DNA from: Blepharisma stoltei ATCC 30299
Taxonomy: Eukaryota > Protista > Ciliophora
Direction of reading: 5' to 3'
Assembly (NCBI GenBank): GCA_965603825.1
Contig: CBFDEM010000011.1
Coordinates: 992,001-1,056,000 of the forward strand
DNA: 64,000 nucleotides
This document shows positions 56,608 through 64,000 of the stretch, in pieces. Every line of letters begins with the position of its first letter. Position 1 is the first letter of the stretch. The notes beneath the pieces are model-generated. The model had not been told where the DNA came from, made no database searches, and was given only the letters and a program-made list of their open reading frames with translations. Made by a program: the position numbers and the translations under genes.

Positions 56608-59493
56608 TTAGCTTGAAATAGTCATTGCTTTATCAAGTAGATCTTTTACTTCTTGGACATGAATATAATGGTATCCAGTTGCTACTGCTCCTGAGGGTTT
56701 TCTTGAAACAACAGAAAGATCTGTAGAATTAAGCCCTAAAATGGTTAATATTCTTGGAGAAACATAACTCCATGCCCCATAGTTCAAGGGTTCTTCTTGA
56801 ACCCACTGTAGCTCTGCTTCATGATATTTTTCGTTAATTTCTCTGATTTCGTCAAATGGGAATGGTGCAAGTTGTTCAAGTCTTATAATTGCAATGTCTT
56901 TGATATTCCTTTTACTCCTTTCAGAAACCAAATCATAATAAACCTGCCCAGTGCACAAAATCACTTTTTTTATATTTTCAGGCGCATCAATCTCACTTGG
57001 ATTATCATCATAAACAATTTTTGGAAAATCCTCTGAAAACTCATTTAAATTTGAATTAGCTCCTTTATACCTTAATAGCTTTTTTGAGGTCATCACAATT
57101 AAAGGCTTCCTGTAAACATTAACGACTTGTCTCCTCAAAAAGTGAAAATAATTGGCAGGTGTCGAAGGATACACGATTTGCAAATTTTGCATTAAAATTT
57201 TGATTTTTTTTTCTAATTCGTCTTTTGGGTAATGATACGGGTCTTCCATTGATAACTGCAAAAATCGCTCTAGCCTTGCATTGGAATGTTCAGACCCTTG
57301 CCCATCATATCCATGTGGTAATAATAGCACAAGCCCACTTGGCTGCCCCCATTTTACTTCTCCGCTGGAAATGAACTGGTCGATTACTATTTGTGCACCA
57401 TTTGCAAAGTCGCCAAATTGAGCTTCCCACATAACCAAAGCATTTGGGTTATTCAAAGAATAGCCATACTCAAAGCCAAGAGCTGCGTATTCTGATAGAT
57501 GGGAGTTTATTGCGTAAAAAAGAGATTGGGAGTCATCAATATGGCGGAGTGGGATGTATTTTTGGAGGTCGATCTTTTGGTCTTGGATTATAGCGTGCCT
57601 TTGCGAAAATGTGCCTCTTTCGACGTCTTGGCCACTCAGTCTGACTGGGTATTTTTCTATAGTTAAAATACTGCCCCACGCAAGGGCTTCTGCTGTGGGC
57701 CAGTCAATATCCTGGCCTTTTTCTATTGAAGCTAATCTGTTCTTATAAAGTTTTTTGACTCCTGGATGTGCATTTATGGACTCAGGAAGACTGCTGCATT
57801 TTATTCCTATTTCTTTTAGCCTTTCTACTTTTACACCTGTCGGTTTAAAGCACTCAGTGCTGATTCCTATAAGATTTTCAAAATAAGATTTTTTCGCCCC
57901 TTCAGTGGTTCCTACTTTTTGTGCATTTTCAAAAGCTGAATTATAGCCATCGTTAATTGACTGCTTAATATTAGAAATTTCCTCATCATTTAAAACCCCT
58001 TCTTCTTTTAGTTTTTCGCTATAAATTTCTAATACAGTTGGATGCTTTGCTATAAGCTGATACATTTTAGGGTTTGTAAATAAAGGCTCGTCTAGTTCAT
58101 TGTGGCCAAATCTCCGATATCCGATAATATCAAGGAAAATTGAATTTTTGAACTCTTCTTTTCAGTCTACTGCCAATCTTGAAGCAAAATCTATCTCTTC
58201 TGGACAGTCCGCATTTACATGCAAAATAGGCGCCCCTATTACTTTTGCAATTTCTGTTGGAAATAGCCCTGTTCTCGCTTCTCTAGGAACTGTGGTAAAC
58301 CCAATATTGTTATTTAGTACCAAATGTATGGTCCCTCCTGTCTTGTAATTAGTTAGGTCTTCCATTTGTACAGTCTCATATACAACACCTTGTCCAGCCA
58401 ATGCGGCATCTCCGTGTATCAAAATACATAAAGCTTTTTTTCTTTCATTTAGCAGAGCTTTGGTTTGGCCAACTGCAACAGGGTCAACTGCTTCTAAATG
58501 TGATGGATTTCCCATCAATCTTATAGTGACTTCTTTTCCTTTTACAGTCCTTTTCACACAGTGACCTAAATGGTATTTCACATCTCCTTCTTCATAATCC
58601 TTGCCTTGGGTTTCAAAAAATAATGATAAAATATATTTTAGGTCACAGTTTAAGGCATTTGCCATGATATTGAGTCTTCCTCTGTGTGGCATGCCAATGA
58701 TAAAATTGTCATAGCCATAGGAAACTGCGTTTTCAATAACTCCTTCTACAGCTAAAACTGCAGTTTCTAGGCCATCCATTCCAAACCTTTTGTGGGAAGA
58801 AAATTTCTTATGAAAAAATTCTTCCAAAAGCTGCGTTCTTGCGAGTTTCTGGAAAATTTCTACTTTTTCTGCAGCGGAATATGCAAATAATTGGTCTTTT
58901 TCTATATGCATTCTCATCCAATTGCACTCATCTCTATATGGGATGTGCATATACTCAAAGCCAATTTTTCCACAGTAAACTCTTTTACAATTTTCAATTA
59001 AATCTTTTAATTTTCATACCCCTTTTTTAGGACCAGTCTCATCAATAAAGCCTTTAATTAAATTGCTGCCGAGATCGTATGATTTTTCCATGTCAGTGTC
59101 TGTGAATTTAAAATTTTCCCAACGAATAAGACCAGGAATTCTGGTTTTTGCTAAATGGTGCTCTATATTGATAGTTAATTTTAATGGGTCTACATCTGAT
59201 AGCATATATCCATATAATTGATAAGCCCTATATAAAAGCAAAACTTTGTGGATTTCTTTTGAATCTGTTGCTGATAATAAATTGTCTTTTATTACTGAAG
59301 CTGTCGGGACTGGGATCTCTTCTGAATCTAAATTTTCAAAGTAAGATTTTCATTGAAGGGGTAAGGAATTCTTGTCAGATTTTCATAGGTCAAAAAGAGC
59401 TTCGAAATAAGATGAGCTTACTGCAGGATTCACAGAGCTGCCAAACAGTCGTTTGGAGTATTTCATAAATCTGAGGGTATTTTGGGTAAACAT
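56608..59493 (-). CDS. OGDH: 2-oxoglutarate (or 2-oxoadipate) dehydrogenase E1, ~961 aa
   Basis: ATG 59493; DL(W)KSDKNSLPLQ(W)KSYF (TGA 59383, 59350); TGA 59014 and 58162; GMPHRGRLN, GDVKYHLG, HGDAA, GHNELDEP, WEAQFGDF. Confidence 0.93.
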
Positions 59494-59984
59494 TTTTATT
59501 GTGTACTATTAAAATTCATCTTGATAATTGGATTATAAATAGTAAAGCCGTATAGGTAGCTTTAAGGGCTTTAGGTATAATCATACTGAATTATATTTAA
59601 AATAAGCTTTATAGTGGATATAAGCCTTCTAATTAAAGGTACTGCACTATCAGAATTTGTGTATTTTTTTCTAATAAAATTAGAATCATAATAGTGAGTT
59701 CATCTTATTGGCTCATATAGGATATCATTAAAGCTATTTATATACCTTGCACCGTCTTTACTAAATCAATCTGCATAATAATGATGTCTTTATTAAAATA
59801 ATCTTGCATATATCAATTCATTTTTAAGCCTTTAATTTCTATTTGTTCTTGAGCCTTCATTCACAATATCTTTTTTTTAGAAACTTCTAATTCGTTACTC
59901 CTTTACCCAGCCTTGCCTTTCACTTCGACATTTTTAGCTTTTATATCCTATGCTAGATTTAAAATTTGTCATGAATTAATATAA

Positions 59985-61226
59985 ATGCATTCAAGAATCA
60001 TCGAGCGGCTTGAAAATTCTGATAGTGGCAATACAAGTACCGAAGACCTGCTCATAATAAATAATCTCGCTACCTCACTTGATACCACCCAAATGCCAAT
60101 AGCAATCCGAGTTCCTCATCCTAGGTCCTTTTTAGATGAGAGCTCCAGTGAAGAAGTATCAGAAAGACTGATCAGGACGTTTAACCAAGACGTAATCAGA
60201 ATTGACGAAACACTGGAATCTTTATTAGAAAAAACTTTCAGTGAAGGAAGCCAAAGCAATTCTTTTTTAGCTGATATAACATCGCAGAGCTGAAAAATGC
60301 AGACTTACTCTATATCAATAGATGATGGGAATTCTTCAATTGTGTTTAATGCCTATAGCTTTAATGATATTTCTCAGCCTAAAAGCCCAAAAATAAACAG
60401 TCCGAAACATGAAGGTGCTGATACATTAAGAGAAGAGGTTTATTTTGAACAGCCATTTACGCTGATTACATTAAGAAATAATGAATTGTATCTGTATCAT
60501 ATGATTAACGATAGAGAAGATCATATAGAATTGCCGACTAATATTATGACTCATTCAGCTTGTGTTCTGCCTGATGGACAAATTATTGCTACTGATGATG
60601 GGAGCATACCGAACTCTACGTTTAGGTACCAAAATTCTGCAGGCTGAGCTTATATAAGTGAACTTATATACCCTAGAAATGGCCATTCTATGATTTTCCA
60701 TAAGGGGACAGTGTATGTCATTGGAGGACTTTACAACGGAAAATTGCGAAATGAAGTAGAAAGGCTAAATAAAAATGACAGTTGAGAAGAAATCCCTAGC
60801 CTGCATAATCCTAGACAAAATCCAGCCTGTGTGTCTATGGAAAGCAAACTTTATGTGACTGGAGGAATCTGTGAAGTCCCAGATTTTGCTTTTATTGAAG
60901 TATTAATTGGGAAAACATGGAAAATTTTAGATGTAAAAATCGAAGGAAATCTGCATGGACATGCTTGTTTTTTTACTCCTGAGCATAAATTAGTGGTGCT
61001 TGGAGGAGTTAAAGGAGATAGCCCTGCCTGCCATATTGCTATGATTACAGATGAAGATGGAGTTGTAAATGAAGGGTTTATTGAATGTCAAGACAGCTTT
61101 CCATTGAACTCGTGGAGCTATATAGAAGAAGAAGGCAGTATTATTGCATGGGGGACACAAGCTCTTTGAAAGTTTGATATTTTGACCACATCGCTAAAAA
61201 TACAACAAATTTTCCCATTAATGTAA
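59985..61226 (+). CDS. Kelch-repeat protein, ~413 aa
   Basis: One frame through TGA 60291, 60645, 60783 and 61167. PRNGHS..VYVIGG, LYVTGG and LVVLGG, with TGA at repeat-end Trp positions; TAA 61224. Confidence 0.8.
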
Positions 61227-61448
61227 TAAGTTTTTATGCACATCTATTTCTCCTATTATAAATATTTATATAATATTTATTATCACAAACATATTTTACA
61301 AAACAATTGTCGCTATATATTTCTAAATATAATATCTAAGCCTCTATGAATTCCTATTTGCAATTACTTATCCTTTTCTTCTAATAATAATCTACTTCAA
61401 ATATTGAAGTTATTATATCGTCATATATTAATATTCAACAAAGCTATT

Positions 61449-62894
61449 ATGAGCTATTCAGAGCTATGGAATAAATTCAAAGAAGTCCGCGTTCATTATA
61501 GAGAGTCCAAAAAAACATGCGACGAATTTATAATCTTTTTACGGGACAAATCAGAACTTGATAGATCATACGCGAGAGGATTAGAGAAACTTGCCTTAAG
61601 CACCTTTTTTGAATTAGGAAAAGGCACGCTTGACCCCTGCTTATCATCTCTTAAGCAGCGGCTAATAGAGTACATTTCTCTATGCAAAACCCTCGCAAAC
61701 CAATTCCACACTGACCTTGCCCTAAATCTTCGGCAGCTTCTAGTCCATCAAGATCTCTTAATTAAAGATAAACGTGACCAAGGCAAAAAACTGGTCCAAG
61801 AGCGAGAAAAACTAATAAAAATCGCCCAAAGAGCCAAAGAAAAGTACATAAAATCTTGCAAAGAGTCAGAAGCCTGTGCGCAAAGTAAAAGCAGGTTTGA
61901 AATTGCGTATAAGCAAGAAGAAGAGTTATCAAAGGCTTATCAGGTTTCTATAGAAAATGCTAATGCATTTGCAGCTCCCTTTAGAGAAGCCATGGACAAG
62001 ATTTTGAGCACGTATCAGATTCATGAAGAAGAGAGGATGAAGCTGCTAAAAGAGTCATTGGCGAGGATGGTGGAGTATGAAAAAACGTTTTTTAAGTGCT
62101 TGGAATATACTCTGGATGCGTTAGCTTTGGTAAGGGTTATGTAGCCAATTGAAAGTTTTAATCCAAGTGTAGATTTAAAGAAATGGGTAGATGATACGTA
62201 TATAGAAAGCGTTATTGAAGAAATAGTTTTTGAGCCTTTTCATCATAATATGGAATTTGACAGGTTTTTGGTTGAATTAAAATCCTCACACCAAGGCGAC
62301 ATTGTGAAAAAAATTATTGATAAATGCTGAAAAGGCGAGGTCATCGATTTTGATCAAAGATGTCAGTTTTCACAAACTATTGCCGAGCCTGAAGGGAAAA
62401 AAGCCTGGATCGCTTTTCTTAATGAAAAGCGAAATCAAGGCCAATTTAAAATCCCTACTGAAACTTTTGTTATCATAGGAGAATTATTGCACGATGTCTT
62501 GACAAGTATGCTTAATTCTTCCGCGTACAATTGTGCAAGCCAATGTATCATTTTATCACAAACATTTTACTATGAAAATGAAGGCCAAAAAAATTATTTG
62601 CAAAATGAGGTCATAGATCATGCATTTTGGAAGCAAGAAGATGTATGGAAAACTATTATAACAGAAGCTATTGACCACGAAATAAAAAAATGCAATGAAT
62701 ACTGCAAGGACATAATGCAGAATGATGAAGATTCCCATGAAAGATTAGGAGAAGTCGTTGTTTCACAGCTATCATCGTATGCACATATAATGGAAAGTTT
62801 TCATGTCCCTGAGCACGAAATCCAACAAATTCTTAATACATTTGTTAAGAATTATAATTTGCCTGATGATATATTAATTACGTTTATGGCTTAA
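61449..62894 (+). CDS. F-BAR domain protein with C-terminal SBF2-like helical domain, ~476 aa, one 15-nt intron
   Basis: MSYSELW..FLRDKSELDRSYARGLEKLA..YQIHEEERM (F-BAR); intron 62130-62144; TGA 62328; ILSQTFY..HAFW..VW. Confidence 0.8.
62130..62144 (+). other. 15-nt intron GTAAGGGTTATGTAG
   Basis: GT..AG, A10, removes in-frame TAG. Confidence 0.9.
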
Positions 62895-62932
62895 TTGCTT
62901 AAATTCATATTTTTAGCAATTCTGGAAAATAA

Positions 62933-64000
62933 TTAATCAAATTTATATTTTTTCGTTGGGCATCTTTTGGTTAGAAGAATCTCACAAAGAGCTTGATACT
63001 CTGGGGAAGGCGCGTTCACAATTTTTGGCTTTACGTCTATTTCTTTAGACATCTGTTTAAGCTTTATAGGGGCATGGTGGTGGGATGGAGTATGGTTTTC
63101 TGCATTAGAAATCATTGGAAGATTTATTGTTAATAAAAAAGACTTATCAATGTGAGTGCTGAGCTTGGAGTCTTCTTCTATGATTTTTGATAGAGATACA
63201 CCTTCAAGAGGAGTTTGTGTTTTTGAGCTAATAGAAATAGGAGGGCATTTCTTTCAAATACCTGCAGTTGATATAGCAAGTGGAGGCTCATTATCCATTG
63301 ATATGGCTTTAGAATGGTAAGATTTATGTTTGAGAGTGGTAGTCGGTCTTTCAATTTCTTCACTTGTATTTTCATATATTAAGAAAGGGTTTGGGGATTT
63401 TTCCCGTTTTTTGCAGACTGAGCTAGACACTCTGTGATGTATAATTTCATTTAAAAACTTGGGCAATTTAGCTGATTTTTCTGGAAATTCTAATATTCCT
63501 AAGGAGTGATTTTTTGTCTCATCATTTTTTGGTGACAAAATTGGACTTTTTTCTCTCGAATTCCTTGGCAAATAGTCCGCTACTTCGATCTCAAAAAATG
63601 TTTCTGAGATTATACAAGTATTAGAGGGGTAAAGCTTTATTATATAAACAAAAACAATTTCTTTTCCATTAGCTATCTATCTAGAGCTTACTTTGATATC
63701 TTCCCCTTCTTTTAGCACAGAATAATTTACTAATCCTCTCCTTATTCTCTCTATTGCTAACGTTCTAGATACAAACACTTTCACTTTTTGGCATCTCGGC
63801 AAAACATATCATAATGAGTTTGAAAAGCCTGCAGGATCTATAGGCTTTAAAGGCAAAGATTGCAAATAAATCCCATTTTTCAGGTTATTTTGATGTTTTT
63901 GGTGCTTAAATGCTTTGAAACCAAGGCGTTTTAGCAATATCATTGGCAGATAAATGATGTCTTCTTCAGAAGTGAAATATAGAGGAGCACAATATATAGG
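62933..64000 (-). CDS. 5'-truncated (window edge) protein with divergent UFD1-like domain and low-complexity tail
   Basis: The frame is open from 64000: PIYCAPLYFTSEEDIIYLP..RRGLVNYSVLKEGEDIK|IANG..YIIKLYP..CIISETFFEIEV. TGA 63809 and 63254; intron 63677-63691; TAA 62933. Confidence 0.65.
63677..63691 (-). other. 15-nt intron GTAAGCTCTAGATAG
   Basis: GT..AG, A10, removes in-frame TAG. Confidence 0.88.

Noticed and set aside
409-63375. Many antisense and alternate-frame ORFs in the track (e.g. 3300-3677, 16242-16601, 24238-24648, 36977-37402, 40223-40615)
   Set aside because: They are shadows of real genes on the other strand or frame, with F/L/S-rich composition and no motifs. The similarity of 24238 and 40223 just mirrors PDE paralogy.
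425-63811. Split ORFs as pseudogenes, or TGA as selenocysteine/cysteine
   Set aside because: Fragments stay in frame, TGAs map to conserved Trp columns, and they align with TGG in the PDE paralog.
1-64000. Bacterial, mycoplasma or mitochondrial origin suggested by TGA=Trp and gene density
   Set aside because: The genes are nuclear eukaryotic (Rab1, kinesin, CRNKL1, eL14) and carry spliceosomal introns.
1-64000. tRNA/rRNA genes, telomeric repeats, IESs, transposons, CRISPR arrays
   Set aside because: None were recognised by eye. Genes are uninterrupted apart from tiny introns, consistent with somatic DNA. A covariance-model scan would be needed to exclude small ncRNAs in the longer spacers.

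Overview
AT-rich, very gene-dense eukaryotic DNA, best explained as a macronuclear chromosome segment of a heterotrich ciliate, most likely Blepharisma (inference). Two features read directly from the sequence support this. First, about 50 in-frame TGA codons sit inside otherwise continuous genes, many at invariant Trp positions, while genes end in TAA/TAG. Second, genes contain tiny GT..AG introns: twelve of 15 nt, all with A at position 10, plus 17- and 18-nt outliers and a tentative 16-mer. Re-reading the ORF track with UGA=Trp and these introns gives about 47 protein-coding genes, including SAPS/PP6R, TTLL, DDX3, COQ9, Nab2, two CDPKs, kinesin, TRIM-like proteins, two membrane PDEs, insulinase, Rab1, RPL14, DDX19, BuGZ, COMMD, CRNKL1, BT1, OGDH and F-BAR. 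The main structural find is a diverged inverted duplication of a tail-to-tail gene junction at 31.6-32.2 kb and 48.0-48.7 kb with reciprocal gene decay. This is the expected footprint of a staggered-break inversion of about 16.6 kb. Other highlights are head-to-head ATGs only 7 and 13 nt apart, convergent stops 2 nt apart, and a TTL-family ligase with a Golgi-enzyme-like type II membrane anchor. No tRNA, rRNA, CRISPR, telomere or transposase was recognised. All family calls come from motif recognition; no database searches were run.
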